A stretch of DNA of 64,000 bases from Candidatus Terraquivivens tengchongensis (GCA_023261845.1 JALNJZ010000001.1:64001-128000), one strand, 5' to 3'. Shown: positions 50,819 to 61,345, counted from the first letter of the stretch. Numbers and translations are program-made. Notes: a model not told the origin generated them from the letters alone.

Positions 50819-51358
50819 CTATTCTTTAGCACTGATATCCTTCAGCATTGCACATATTTCCCGCTTCTTATCTTCTGTAACATCTACAGAAACCACACCG
50901 ATGCCTGGTTGACCGTATACGACCATGGAGCCCAGTGGAGCCAACATGATTGCAGGAAGTGTTAGCAGGTCTTCTTCGCCGTCAACATAGACTATGGTCC
51001 TCTTCCCAGAACGTATCGCTTCCTTCAAAGCGTTCACCGCCTCTATGGATATCGTCCCTGCAGGATTCTTCGTAAAAATCTGCAAAGCAATATCATCGGC
51101 AAACCTCTCCGAGGTCTTTCTCTCGACCTTTCCGTCAACTACGTAAACATCCGCATGGACTCCAGACTTACTTAGCTCCCTCGCGGAGAAGTCGCCGACA
51201 ACTATCAGCATCGCGGGCTTCCTTTTCCGTATATGTTTGATGAGCCTTTCCGTCGTTCCGGGCGGCTTACCCTCGAAAAGCTTGCCCAGAGGTTTTCTAA
51301 CCTTCTCCTTGTCCTCCTCGCTAAAAGTTATTTCTTTATCGAATTGATAACCTGACAT
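50819..51358 (-). CDS. GTP-dependent dephospho-CoA kinase (DUF359)
   Basis: P.G, VGD, DGK..R, NPAG.I, DGEEDLL.LP, YGQP..G. Confidence 0.88.
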   Translation of the reverse strand: MSGYQFDKEITFSEEDKEKVRKPLGKLFEGKPPGTTERLIKHIRKRKPAMLIVVGDFSARELSKSGVHADVYVVDGKVERKTSERFADDIALQIFTKNPAGTISIEAVNALKEAIRSGKRTIVYVDGEEDLLTLPAIMLAPLGSMVVYGQPGIGVVSVDVTEDKKREICAMLKDISAKE

Positions 51359-51497
51359 TTCGTCATGGGCACCAGGACAGAATCATTTTTAACACATCTG
51401 TCTGAACTCAGACATTCACGAAAATAAAGCTTTTCATTACACTATCGCATGATGATTATCAAAAATTCGATCTGAAAAGGAGCATTGACCTACACTG

Positions 51498-52046
51498 TCA
51501 AACAGTTGTCGCACCTTCTTTAGCGTGTTTAACACCTTCCATGAAAGCCCTCTCGTTAAGCTCTAGAGCTTTCGGGAACTTCCTCCTTATCACGTTAAGC
51601 AAAGACTCGCGCCTCACGATGTCAGTAACTTCTGAGAGCGCTCCGAGCATCACTATATTGGCGATTACTCTCCTTCCGAGTTGCTCAGCTATCTTGGTTG
51701 CAGGAAGGCCCACCATCTTTATTCCTCCAATCTTAGACACGTTCACAAGCTCGCTGTCGTATATGAGTAACTTTTTTGGTACTCTGCCTTCCTTCCAACT
51801 TCTGTCCAACCCTTCCTGCGACATGGTGACCAGCACGTCGGGCTTTGTAACCAGCGGAAAATCTATTGGTTCATCAGATATCACAACATCCGCCCTCGAC
51901 CAACCACCGACTTGTTCCGGCCCGTAGGCTATAGTCAACGTGGCATCCTTTCCTTCCTCTAAGACCGCGGCCTCGCTGAGTATCTGTCCGCCCCTAATTA
52001 TGCCCTGACCACCAGAACCGAACAGACTTATGTCCCACCTAACCAT
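51498..52046 (-). CDS. korC: 2-oxoacid (2-oxoglutarate-type):ferredoxin oxidoreductase gamma subunit
   Basis: GSGGQG, YGPE..GG.S, NIVMLGA, N..AF..G. Confidence 0.85.
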   Translation of the reverse strand: MVRWDISLFGSGGQGIIRGGQILSEAAVLEEGKDATLTIAYGPEQVGGWSRADVVISDEPIDFPLVTKPDVLVTMSQEGLDRSWKEGRVPKKLLIYDSELVNVSKIGGIKMVGLPATKIAEQLGRRVIANIVMLGALSEVTDIVRRESLLNVIRRKFPKALELNERAFMEGVKHAKEGATTV

Positions 52047-52917
52047 GCAACTTCCTCTCCCTCATAGCATCCTCTATTAATTTTCTCTCCATATCGTTGT
52101 AGGATGGTTTTTCTTTATGGACGAAGTTTCCTACGACTATCGGCTTACCGGACTTCAAGTCTATATCAACAGTCCTAAGGTCTGCCTCATGGTTTACGAC
52201 GCATGTCTTCTTAAAGTACTTCATCATGTCGAGACCCGTTGGGAAGTTGTTATCTTCGCCGTACTGCGTCGGGCACGGTGATAAAACCTCTATGAATGCG
52301 AAGCCATTTATCTTCATGGCCTTGAGTATCGCATCGGTTAGCTGGTGTACATGAAACGTCGTCCACCTCGCGACAAAAGGAGCACCAAGTGAGGCGACCA
52401 AGAGCGGTATGTTAAGCGGATTATCTATCGTACCATAAGGAGCGGACGATGCCTTTGAGCCGAGGGGTGTCGTGGCTCCATACTGCCCACCGGTCATACC
52501 ATAAATGAAGTTGTTGATCAGTATGACGTTGATGTCATGGTTCCTCCTAATAGCATGCATGAAATGGTTTCCGCCTATGGTAACCAAGTCACCATCACCA
52601 GCTATCACGGTTATCTCAAGCTCGGGCTTCACAAGGTTCATGCCTATCGCGAAAGGTATCGCCCTGCCATGCGTAGTATGGTAAGAGTCTATGTTTACGT
52701 AACCCGAAAGTCTGGAGGAGCAACCTATACCAGACACGACCACATGTCTTTCGGGCGGTATGCCGCTCTTTTTTATCGCTTTGATGTAGCACTTCATCAC
52801 AATACCTATTCCGCAACCAGGACACCATATATGCGGCATCCTATCCGTTCTTATCAGCTCATCATCGGGATGCTTTGTAGCTAAAACTTCCTTAGGCATA
52901 CCATCACCTCGACACAT
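52039..52917 (-). CDS. korB: 2-oxoacid:ferredoxin oxidoreductase beta subunit
   Basis: WCPGCG, SGIGCS, HGRA, GDGD...IGGNH, NN.IYGMTGGQ. Confidence 0.9.
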   Translation of the reverse strand: MCRGDGMPKEVLATKHPDDELIRTDRMPHIWCPGCGIGIVMKCYIKAIKKSGIPPERHVVVSGIGCSSRLSGYVNIDSYHTTHGRAIPFAIGMNLVKPELEITVIAGDGDLVTIGGNHFMHAIRRNHDINVILINNFIYGMTGGQYGATTPLGSKASSAPYGTIDNPLNIPLLVASLGAPFVARWTTFHVHQLTDAILKAMKINGFAFIEVLSPCPTQYGEDNNFPTGLDMMKYFKKTCVVNHEADLRTVDIDLKSGKPIVVGNFVHKEKPSYNDMERKLIEDAMRERKLHG

Positions 52918-54052
52918 ACCTGATCGTATCGAGTATGACGTCTGGTGTCGGCACCGCGCCAGGAGCCCAACTTAAACCCACGACGAGGCACTCAGCAACC
53001 TCCCTTACTGGATGAATTATCTGACCCATGTTTATCTCTGGAACTACGATTACCTTAGCCTGCTCGCTTACCTTCTTGACGATTTCATCCGGAAACGGCC
53101 ATAGCGTTATTAGTCTCAGCATACCAGCTTTAATGCCTTCAGACCTTGCAATCTTCACTGCTTGATACGATGACCTTGATGTTATACCATACGATATCAA
53201 CACGATGTCTGCATCCTCTAACATGAAATGCTCCACTTCCCATATCTTCTTTGCGTTGTTCCTGACTTTCGATACTAGATGCTTTACGCACCATGTCGAG
53301 ACTTCATGCGTGTAGTATGGGTAACCTCTCTCGTCATGGGTCAAACCAGTTACATGCACCCTATATCCCATACCGGCCAGCGCCATAGGCGGCACTTCAT
53401 ACCTCGCGTCAAACGGCTTGAAGTCTGGAATGTTTGGCGGAACGCAGGGTAGCTTCCTGTTCACTATCTTTATCTCATCATGTGGAGGTACGGTCAAAGA
53501 GCCGTACATATGGCTTATAACTTGGTCGGCCAATAGGACAACCGGTTGCCTGTATTCTTCCGACGCGTTAAAGGCCTTTATCGTGAGGTCAAACATTTCT
53601 TGGACGTTGTTTGGAGCGTATACTATGGCTTCGTAGTCCCCGTGCGAGCCCCATCTGGCCTGCATAACATCTCCCTGTCCAACCAGTGTCGGTATACCAG
53701 TGCTCGGACCTCCTCTCTGAACGTTCACGATGACGCACGGCGTTTCTGTCATCATACCAAATCCTATGCCCTCTTGCATTAGTGAAAAACCGGGGCCAGA
53801 TGTGGCTGTCATAGATTTTACGCCAGCGTTCGAAGCCCCTAGGACCGCCATAATGCTGGCTATTTCGTCTTCCATCTGTATAAAGTGGCCGCCCACTTGT
53901 GGAAGCCTATAGCTCATCCACTGTAAAATCTCGCTGGAGGGCGTTATCGGATATCCAGCAAAGAATCTACAACCCGCTATTAAGGCCGCTTCAACACAAG
54001 CAACATTTCCCTGCATGAAATACTTCCCTGGGGGGATTAGACCTTCCGTCAT
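52904..54052 (-). CDS. korA: 2-oxoacid:ferredoxin oxidoreductase alpha subunit
   Basis: [37 protein letters not shown]. Confidence 0.9.
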   Translation of the reverse strand: MTEGLIPPGKYFMQGNVACVEAALIAGCRFFAGYPITPSSEILQWMSYRLPQVGGHFIQMEDEIASIMAVLGASNAGVKSMTATSGPGFSLMQEGIGFGMMTETPCVIVNVQRGGPSTGIPTLVGQGDVMQARWGSHGDYEAIVYAPNNVQEMFDLTIKAFNASEEYRQPVVLLADQVISHMYGSLTVPPHDEIKIVNRKLPCVPPNIPDFKPFDARYEVPPMALAGMGYRVHVTGLTHDERGYPYYTHEVSTWCVKHLVSKVRNNAKKIWEVEHFMLEDADIVLISYGITSRSSYQAVKIARSEGIKAGMLRLITLWPFPDEIVKKVSEQAKVIVVPEINMGQIIHPVREVAECLVVGLSWAPGAVPTPDVILDTIRYVSR

Positions 54053-54333
54053 TCGTCAACCTCCTTTACGAATATCGCAAAATCTGGACAAATCAGCTCG
54101 CATATTCCGCAAGCTACGCATGAATCTTCTTTACCGGGTTTGACCCTCGGATAATGAAACCCCTTGTAATTTATCCTATCCGATTTTTCTAAAACGGAGT
54201 GTGGACAGAATTCTATACAATACATACATTCCTTACATCTATCCGGTATGATATGGACAATGCCCTTCGGCCTCTTGGAGGCCTTACTTAAGACCTCATG
54301 CTCTAAAACCGGACGTTGCTGGGGTTCACCCAA
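54049..54333 (-). CDS. korD: 2-oxoacid:ferredoxin oxidoreductase delta (ferredoxin) subunit
   Basis: [12 protein letters not shown] and [16 protein letters not shown]. Confidence 0.88.
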   Translation of the reverse strand: MGEPQQRPVLEHEVLSKASKRPKGIVHIIPDRCKECMYCIEFCPHSVLEKSDRINYKGFHYPRVKPGKEDSCVACGICELICPDFAIFVKEVDE

Positions 54334-54440
54334 AATACCCTACCCAACAATCGGGTATCTCAGAAGTAAAATATAATTTTATTTGTCAAATATACAATTT
54401 TAAGCTTATATTATACAATATACAACATAGATGTAGACCT

Positions 54441-55448
54441 GTGTTGAAGAAAACCAACGCACTTAAAGGGCTCGTTGTCCTTCTTGAGAGCTTTCCCCCC
54501 CTTGAATGGAACGAGAACATATACACCCATAATCCGCCCTTCACGTTATTCAAGGCAAACAACTCAATAATCCTTAGCGTAGATCCGCTTTGCGACCCGA
54601 CCGTAGAGTACGCGCTAAACAACGCTGGCGTGAAGCTTAGTCGAGGCAACTCTTACTTTTTACTAGCGTCATCTGCCCAAAAAACCCTCACGATGTTTGA
54701 CTGGTTTGTAAGGCGTAGCTGGCACAAAGCAGAGTATGCCGTAACTTGGTCCATGCTAAATTTGTTGAAAGATGCACCAGAATGTCGCTTAAACGTTGAA
54801 CAAGTATGCGAGCGGAGCGGGCTCGACCGGGAAATATGTATCAAGACCCTCAGATTATTCGATATTAATGTAGAAAACGAAAATTCTATCATCGTATCGA
54901 GAGAAAAAATCCTATCACTCATCGAAGAATTAGTACGTATGCTACCAAGCTGGATCGAAGAGAACGTTATGGATTTCATATGTTCTAACGTAAACGTTTC
55001 CGCAGGGGACGTTCATTCCCATCTATCGTACTATGGCCTAAGTCCGAGCATGACGTATAAGATATTGAGAAAGCTAAAGTCCGAGGGTTGTATTAAGGTA
55101 ATGAGGCATGTAAGGGTGAAGCCAAGGGGACCAATGCGTGAGCTGATGTCCTCTGATTGTAGGAACTGCTTCTTTGGTTACTCATCCTCTGTCAATTGCT
55201 TCAAGGCAGGTTTCCACCAACTTGAGAGATTGGTGGAAAGGTTGATGGGCAGACCAATGAAGATGCATGAGGTTGAAGCGCTCCATCAAGAAATCAGTAA
55301 GCTGCCTTTCAGCGAAAAAACGTTGAGGTCTGTTAATAAAGCTCTAGTGCTTGCGCTACAGTTCTCGGAGATGTCAAAGGAAAAAGGTGTCGCGACTGTT
55401 CTTCATAAAATGGGTGCAACTCTAGACTTTAAAATACTTAACATATAG
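54441..55448 (+). CDS. Hypothetical protein with HTH-like segments and a Cys cluster
   Basis: 335-aa ORF; LSPSMTYKILRKLKSEG wHTH-like segment; CRNCFFG.SS..NC. Confidence 0.6.
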   Translation: MLKKTNALKGLVVLLESFPPLEWNENIYTHNPPFTLFKANNSIILSVDPLCDPTVEYALNNAGVKLSRGNSYFLLASSAQKTLTMFDWFVRRSWHKAEYAVTWSMLNLLKDAPECRLNVEQVCERSGLDREICIKTLRLFDINVENENSIIVSREKILSLIEELVRMLPSWIEENVMDFICSNVNVSAGDVHSHLSYYGLSPSMTYKILRKLKSEGCIKVMRHVRVKPRGPMRELMSSDCRNCFFGYSSSVNCFKAGFHQLERLVERLMGRPMKMHEVEALHQEISKLPFSEKTLRSVNKALVLALQFSEMSKEKGVATVLHKMGATLDFKILNI

Positions 55449-55507
55449 TTTCAACATGAGATAAATATGCACCAAATATTTTTAAGGAAACACTACGCAA
55501 CTAGATA

Positions 55508-55816
55508 TTGATGAGTGCTTTGAGTGAGTGTTGTAAAGATTGTAACTATTGGTTACCTCTTGACGTTTTACCGATGATTGGAGAATGCCGCAACATAAAA
55601 AGCAGGAACTTCGGTAAAGTTGCCTTTCAAGATGATGTTCCTTGCGAATGTTTTGTAGAAAGATGCTTCAGCGGGACGGAGTTCTACTGGTGCAAAGATT
55701 GTCAAACAACAGTTTATTATGAAGATTTAAAAATGCACAAAGGACATAAGGTATTTATTGAAACCTCAACATTACCTATTGAAGATATAGTGGAGTATAC
55801 GTTTGCAGGCGATTGA
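55508..55816 (+). CDS. Small Cys/His-rich metal-binding hypothetical protein
   Basis: CCKDC...GEC...CECF...CKDC...HKGH. Confidence 0.7.
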   Translation: MMSALSECCKDCNYWLPLDVLPMIGECRNIKSRNFGKVAFQDDVPCECFVERCFSGTEFYWCKDCQTTVYYEDLKMHKGHKVFIETSTLPIEDIVEYTFAGD

Positions 55817-56381
55817 ATTGAAAAAGTTAGTGGAGGTAAGATTCCACGGGAGAGGCGGCCAAGGTGTTGTAACGGCCGCAAGGCTTTTGGCTGAGGCTTG
55901 TCTTTTAGAAAACAAATACTCGCTCTCGTTCCCTGAGTTTGGTCCTGAACGTTCTGGCGCTCCCGTAAGGGCCTACGTCAGAATATCCGACGAACCCATA
56001 GAAGTTAGGTCTTTAGTCTATGACCCGGAGATAGTTGTGTCAATAGACCCGAAATTATCCTCTTCTGTTGAAATACTCGCTGGGCTGGATGATGAGGGGG
56101 TCGTTATAATAAACTCGAAGAACGTTGAGGAGGCCCTCTTAAAAGCCATATCCTCTAAACCACGGGCGAAGTTATTCTACGTGGACGCGAGAGGCATAGC
56201 GCTATCCTTAGGTGACGCAAGATTCGAAAACTCGGCGATCTTGGGAGCTTTCGCTAAAGCTACAGGGATCGTATCATTAACTTCGCTGGAATCCGTACTA
56301 AGAACAAGGTTCAAGGGGGCCGTTCTTGAGAATAACCTTAAAGCGATGCGCTTAGGATATGATAAGGTGGGACAGGCCTAA
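55803..56381 (+). CDS. porG: Pyruvate/2-ketoisovalerate:ferredoxin oxidoreductase gamma subunit
   Basis: EVRFHGRGGQG.VTA, FP.FGPER.GAPV. Confidence 0.9.
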   Translation: MQAIELKKLVEVRFHGRGGQGVVTAARLLAEACLLENKYSLSFPEFGPERSGAPVRAYVRISDEPIEVRSLVYDPEIVVSIDPKLSSSVEILAGLDDEGVVIINSKNVEEALLKAISSKPRAKLFYVDARGIALSLGDARFENSAILGAFAKATGIVSLTSLESVLRTRFKGAVLENNLKAMRLGYDKVGQA

Positions 56382-56653
56382 TGGCAAAGGTTGAAAGTAG
56401 CATACTTCCCGGCGGCATTATAAGCAGGCCGGGTTCCACAAGCGATTATAAAACAGGAACCTGGAGGGTTAAGAAGCCAGTAGTGGACTTAGACAGGTGC
56501 ACGGGCTGCCTTTTATGCTGGATATACTGCCCTGAGCCGGCCATTCAAAAAAGAAATGACGGTAAGATTGAATTTGATTACGATTACTGCAAGGGTTGCG
56601 GCATATGTTCCGTTGAATGTCCCTCTAAAGCCATAAAAATGGCGGAGGAGTGA
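56381..56653 (+). CDS. porD: Pyruvate:ferredoxin oxidoreductase delta subunit
   Basis: KTG.WR..KP, CTGCLLCWIYCPE, DYDYCKGCGIC..ECP. Confidence 0.9.
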   Translation: MAKVESSILPGGIISRPGSTSDYKTGTWRVKKPVVDLDRCTGCLLCWIYCPEPAIQKRNDGKIEFDYDYCKGCGICSVECPSKAIKMAEE

Positions 56654-56659
56654 GAGGGG

Positions 56660-57856
56660 ATGTCGCTTCTTCAACCCAAGACTCTTAAGCCGATGTCAAC
56701 TTCAGAGGCGATTGCGTATGCTGTTAAACAGGCAAACGTTGACGTCATAGCCGCCTACCCGATCACACCACAGACGATAATAGTCGAGCGACTCAGCGAG
56801 TACGTTAACAATGGTGAGCTTGACGCTGAGTACATTGCCGTCGAATCAGAACACTCAGCCATGTCTGCGTGCGTAGCAGCAAGCCTCACCGGCGCTAGGG
56901 TTTTCACCTCAACCGCCAGCCAAGGGCTTGCACTCATGCATGAGGTTCTCTATATCGCTTCTAGTTTAAGGTGTCCGATAGTCATGGCTATTGCGAATAG
57001 AGCATTATCCGCGCCCATAAACATCCACTGCGACCACTCCGATATGATGGGCTCGAGGGATGCTGGATGGATACAAATATTTGTAGAGAACGGTCAGCAG
57101 GCATACGATAGAATCTTCCAAGCCTTTAAGCTAGCAGAAGATGAGGACATACTTCTTCCAGTCGGAGTGAACCTTGACGGTTTCTTCCTATCGCATGCGG
57201 TAGAGGGTATCGCGACTATATCGGACAGCGAGGCAGCGATGTTCCTTCCACCAAGAAAAGCAAAGTATTATATTGATTCCTCGATGCCCATGACGTTTGG
57301 TGCTTTCGCACTACCGGATTGGTACTTTGAGATAAAACATCAAGTAGTAGAGGCAATGGAGAAAGTTCCGAAGAAGCTGGCAGAGATAGAAGAGATCTAT
57401 TATAAAATGACTGGTAGAAGATACGGTCATGTTGGCGCCTATAAGACATATGACGCTGAAGTTTGCTTAATATGTGCAGGTTCAGCGGCTGCCACAGCAA
57501 AGTTTGCCGTAACAAACTTGAGGGAGAAGGGTATTAAGGCAGGACTTCTAAGCATTAGACTCTTCAGACCCTTCCCTGCCGAGAGCATACTTCCACATAT
57601 TAAGGACGTGAAGGCTTTAGTTGTGATGGATAGGGCAATGAGTCCAGGTGCACCATCTGCACCAATAGGCCAAGACATAAAAACCGTACTATATGATGCT
57701 GGTCTTAACATACCAGTCGCAAATTATGTTTACGGGCTTGGAGGCAGGGACATCTCGGTCGCAGAGTTTGAGAATATAATCACGAAGATTATTGAAGACT
57801 TGAAGGCGGGAAGGCCTATAGAGAGAGGCGTAAGATATTGGGGGTTGAGAATCTAA
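56660..57856 (+). CDS. porA: Pyruvate:ferredoxin oxidoreductase alpha subunit
   Basis: AYPITPQT, VESEHSA, SQGL.LM.E, NRALSAPINI. Confidence 0.9.
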   Translation: MSLLQPKTLKPMSTSEAIAYAVKQANVDVIAAYPITPQTIIVERLSEYVNNGELDAEYIAVESEHSAMSACVAASLTGARVFTSTASQGLALMHEVLYIASSLRCPIVMAIANRALSAPINIHCDHSDMMGSRDAGWIQIFVENGQQAYDRIFQAFKLAEDEDILLPVGVNLDGFFLSHAVEGIATISDSEAAMFLPPRKAKYYIDSSMPMTFGAFALPDWYFEIKHQVVEAMEKVPKKLAEIEEIYYKMTGRRYGHVGAYKTYDAEVCLICAGSAAATAKFAVTNLREKGIKAGLLSIRLFRPFPAESILPHIKDVKALVVMDRAMSPGAPSAPIGQDIKTVLYDAGLNIPVANYVYGLGGRDISVAEFENIITKIIEDLKAGRPIERGVRYWGLRI

Positions 57857-58791
57857 TGTTGGTGGGCGAAGTTAAATCAATAAAGGAACTTTATGGCTTA
57901 GACCTAATAGCTCCAGGTCATAGAGCTTGTGCTGGCTGTGGCGCTCTAGTAGGTGTAAGGCAGATCTTGATGGCTTCTAAGAGGCCTCTCATCGTGGTGA
58001 ATGCCACGAGTTGTCTAGAAGTAACCAGTACACCATACCCGCAGACGATGTGGAAGGTTCCATGGGTCCATCTATTGTTCGAGAACGCGGCTACCGCAGC
58101 GTCCGGTATAGAGGCCGCACTAAAGGTCCTTTCTAGAAAATACGGCCGCCAAGAGCACTACATCATAGCCTTTGGTGGCGATGGTGGTACATTTGACATA
58201 GGCATACAGGCACTCTCTGGAGCACTCGAGAGGGGCCATAGATTCCTCTACGTGTGTTATGACAACGAAGCATACATGAACACAGGCATACAGAGGTCTG
58301 GCGCAACACCATTAGGAGCTGCCACAACTACATCGCCAGTAGGTACAAAAATTGTAGGAAAGACTCAGCAAAAGAAGGACTTATTGGAGATCGTCGTGGC
58401 TCATAGGATACCATATGCTGCTGCAGCCTCACCTTCACACTGGAAAGATCTTGTAAACAAAGTGAGGAAGGCGCAGAGCTACGATGGACCGTCCTTCATA
58501 CATCTCATAGCACCATGCACGAGAGGGTGGTACTTCGATACAAGCGAGGCGATAAAGGTAGCAAGGCTGGCAGTCGAGACGAGATACTGGCCGCTCTACG
58601 AAGTGGAGAATGGAAGGTACAGAATAACCCATCCAGTTCCGAATCCTAAGCCTTTGGAGGAATTCTTAAAGGTGCAAAGGAGGCTTAGCCATCTACTATT
58701 GCCGGAGAATGCTGAAGTACTTGAGAGGCTAAAGGCTTACGTAAACGAAAGATGGGAGAGGCTCCAGAGGCTCTCCGCCTGCTTCGCCTAA
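57838..58791 (+). CDS. porB: Pyruvate:ferredoxin oxidoreductase beta subunit (likely start ATG 57856)
   Basis: GHRACAGCG, GGDGG..DIG, YDNEAYMNTGIQRS. Confidence 0.9.
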   Translation: MGVENLMLVGEVKSIKELYGLDLIAPGHRACAGCGALVGVRQILMASKRPLIVVNATSCLEVTSTPYPQTMWKVPWVHLLFENAATAASGIEAALKVLSRKYGRQEHYIIAFGGDGGTFDIGIQALSGALERGHRFLYVCYDNEAYMNTGIQRSGATPLGAATTTSPVGTKIVGKTQQKKDLLEIVVAHRIPYAAAASPSHWKDLVNKVRKAQSYDGPSFIHLIAPCTRGWYFDTSEAIKVARLAVETRYWPLYEVENGRYRITHPVPNPKPLEEFLKVQRRLSHLLLPENAEVLERLKAYVNERWERLQRLSACFA

Positions 58792-58918
58792 CATTCCAAC
58801 AATACCAGACGTGCAAAAGTCAGGTTATCGCTAGCATTGAGTTTAATATTTTTTACAGTCGAGGCTTTTTCAATAATCATTACATCTTTTGAGAGGCAAG
58901 ACAGGGACATGCTTCATG

Positions 58919-59884
58919 TTACTTCTCTATTAACTTGCCCCAGTCTGACTTTCTCAGAGGACGTCCCCTTAGCTGTTGTATGTAGTTGTAAGCTGAAAGA
59001 GCTGCGATGGCACCCTGGGCGGCCGATATCACCGCCTGTTTATAGAGCATATCGGTAACGTCACCCGCCGCAAAGACTCCTGGCCTGCTCGTCATCCCAA
59101 GCTTGTCCGTGATTATCTCACCGTTCTCGTTCAGCTGGACGAATCCCTTCACCCAATCCGTTTTTGCCGTGTAGCCCATCTCAACAAATACGCCATCAAC
59201 CTCTAGCTCGCTCTCTTCATTTGTCTTAATGTTTTTCAGCCTTATCGACCTAACCTTTGTGTCACCCTTTATCTCCAAAACTACACTATTCGGCACGTAG
59301 ATCACGTTCATCTCGCTAGAATCCTTTATCAACTCCTCGTCTGTGAGCTTTGCCTCGCCCCTATGGATTATGTAAACCTTGTTACCGTAAGCTCGTAAAA
59401 GCTTCACGGCTTTGAAAGTATGGTCGCCCCAGCCGACGACCGCAACCTTTTTGCCTCTGAACAAAGGAGCGTCACATATCGCGCAGTAAGACACACCCCT
59501 ACCAACGAGCCTATCCTCCCCTGGAACGTCGAGCGACCTTGGTGTCTTCCCGAATGCCAATATGATCGTGAGGGCCTCATAATCTCCGCTAACCTTCGTT
59601 GAGATACGGAAAGTATTGTTTAGTTGGGATATACCGACGGCCTCGTCATAAACGAACTCCGCTCCAAACTCCTCCACCTGCTCTTTTATTGATTGGGCCA
59701 ACTCCAGACCGGCTACAGCCTTTATCCCGGGATAGTTCTCGATTTGCGGGGCAAGGGCCAGCTGCCCTCCTATGTCCTTTGTCACGACCAAGACCTTCAG
59801 GCCCTGCCTTGCTGCATAGAGCGCAGCACTCAGTCCCGCAACGCTTCCACCTACGATTATTGTGTCGTATATTCCTCCGCTCAT
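58919..59884 (-). CDS. trxB: Thioredoxin-disulfide reductase
   Basis: GGQ, IENYPG, GVSYCAICD, GVFAAGD. Confidence 0.92.
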   Translation of the reverse strand: MSGGIYDTIIVGGSVAGLSAALYAARQGLKVLVVTKDIGGQLALAPQIENYPGIKAVAGLELAQSIKEQVEEFGAEFVYDEAVGISQLNNTFRISTKVSGDYEALTIILAFGKTPRSLDVPGEDRLVGRGVSYCAICDAPLFRGKKVAVVGWGDHTFKAVKLLRAYGNKVYIIHRGEAKLTDEELIKDSSEMNVIYVPNSVVLEIKGDTKVRSIRLKNIKTNEESELEVDGVFVEMGYTAKTDWVKGFVQLNENGEIITDKLGMTSRPGVFAAGDVTDMLYKQAVISAAQGAIAALSAYNYIQQLRGRPLRKSDWGKLIEK

Positions 59885-60004
59885 GCGATTACGTGATTAA
59901 GGTATGCGTCAAGGGATATAAAAACCCTAATTCGATGGCAAGGAATCCTGGTGCAACCTTAAATCCGCTCTGCCGATATAAACTCGTGGCGTTGGTGGTC
60001 AGGA

Positions 60005-60436
60005 TTGGGCGGGAGCGGCAGAAGGTTCTTGGACCACATGTCCGATGTTTACGTGGAGGCGTACGGACAGACTATGGAAGAAGCCTTCAAAGAGGCTGGG
60101 CTGGCATTGTTTGACGTCATATCGGACACGAAGGACGTTAAGCCCGAGGTGGAGAGGGATGTCTACGCGGAGGGCTTTGACATGTATTCGCTTCTTTACA
60201 ACTGGTTAGAGCAGCTGCTACTTCTGTTCGAGCTGGAAGGCTTATTGGTATCCAACATCGAGGTGCATGCTATAGAGAGGTCCGACGACGTATTCAGGAT
60301 TAGGGCAACTGCGAAGGGCGAGAAGTTTGACCCGTCAAGGCACAAACACGGTATAGGCATAAAGTCCGTCACGTATGCCCTGATGGAGATCGTGGAGGAT
60401 GACGTGAAGAAGGTTAGGTTCGTCTTGGACATATAG
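60005..60436 (+). CDS. Archease
   Basis: DH.SD, L..WL..LL, GE, IKSVTY, FVLDI C-terminus. Confidence 0.92.
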   Translation: MGGSGRRFLDHMSDVYVEAYGQTMEEAFKEAGLALFDVISDTKDVKPEVERDVYAEGFDMYSLLYNWLEQLLLLFELEGLLVSNIEVHAIERSDDVFRIRATAKGEKFDPSRHKHGIGIKSVTYALMEIVEDDVKKVRFVLDI

Positions 60437-60451
60437 CGAAGGAGAAGCAGT

Positions 60452-61327
60452 ATGTCCACGAGGTTTGAAGAGGTACCGAGAAGGAGGTGTAGGCTCGACG
60501 TCCTACTTCCGTCGAGCTTGACGGCTGAGACACCGCACCTGAGGGAGAAGACCTTTAGGATTGGTCTTGTCGCGAGGTTCCTTGCGACGTTTAGAGTTGA
60601 CAACCTGATAATCTATTACGAGGACCTTGAGCCCGACAAGAACGCGGAGCTCATAAAGGACGTCATGGATTACCTTAACACCGCACCGTACCTTAGGAAG
60701 AGGTTGTTTCCGATCAAGCATTCCCTTAGATACGCAGGTTTGCTTCCGCCCTTGAACATACCGACGCATCCCGAGGCAGACTCTGGGGGCATCTTCCACT
60801 ATCGGGAGGGTCTTGTCGTCTCGCCCGGTAGAGTAGATGCGGGCCTAGGGAAGCTTATCAAAGTGAAAAAGCCGTTAAAGAAGGGCACAAAGGTCGTAGT
60901 TGTTGCGAACTCAAAATCCGGCGAGTTCAAGCTAATCTCCAGGAAGAAGTCGCCAGTGTATGCTGGCTTCAAGACGGCCATAGTGCCCGAAAGGTTGGAC
61001 GAGTTGGTAGCACATTACGACATTAAGATTGCAACGTCCAGGCTGGGCAAGCCATTCCACGAGTTGGCTCAACCACTGTCCTCGAAGCTTTCGACGGCTA
61101 AGAACGTTTGCATAGCTTTCGGCTCGGCTAAGAGAGGCCTATACGACATAGCTAAGCTTCAGAACTTCAACTTGGACGAGGTCTTCGATTTCGTGATTAA
61201 CGTAGTCCCGGAGCAAGGCGTACGGACAATAAGGACCGAGGAGGCAGTCTGTGCGACGCTCGCGACCATCTCCGCGCTAGAGCTTCTTTTCGGACGCCAA
61301 CATCAGTTTATATCCAACCACCCATAG
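60452..61327 (+). CDS. SPOUT RNA methyltransferase (DUF171/MTH1 family)
   Basis: KT..IG..AR....F.VD, PYLRK, L.YAG.LPPL..P.H, P.QG..TIRTEEA. Confidence 0.88.
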   Translation: MSTRFEEVPRRRCRLDVLLPSSLTAETPHLREKTFRIGLVARFLATFRVDNLIIYYEDLEPDKNAELIKDVMDYLNTAPYLRKRLFPIKHSLRYAGLLPPLNIPTHPEADSGGIFHYREGLVVSPGRVDAGLGKLIKVKKPLKKGTKVVVVANSKSGEFKLISRKKSPVYAGFKTAIVPERLDELVAHYDIKIATSRLGKPFHELAQPLSSKLSTAKNVCIAFGSAKRGLYDIAKLQNFNLDEVFDFVINVVPEQGVRTIRTEEAVCATLATISALELLFGRQHQFISNHP

Positions 61328-61345
61328 CCTAACCTCTGAAGGCGT

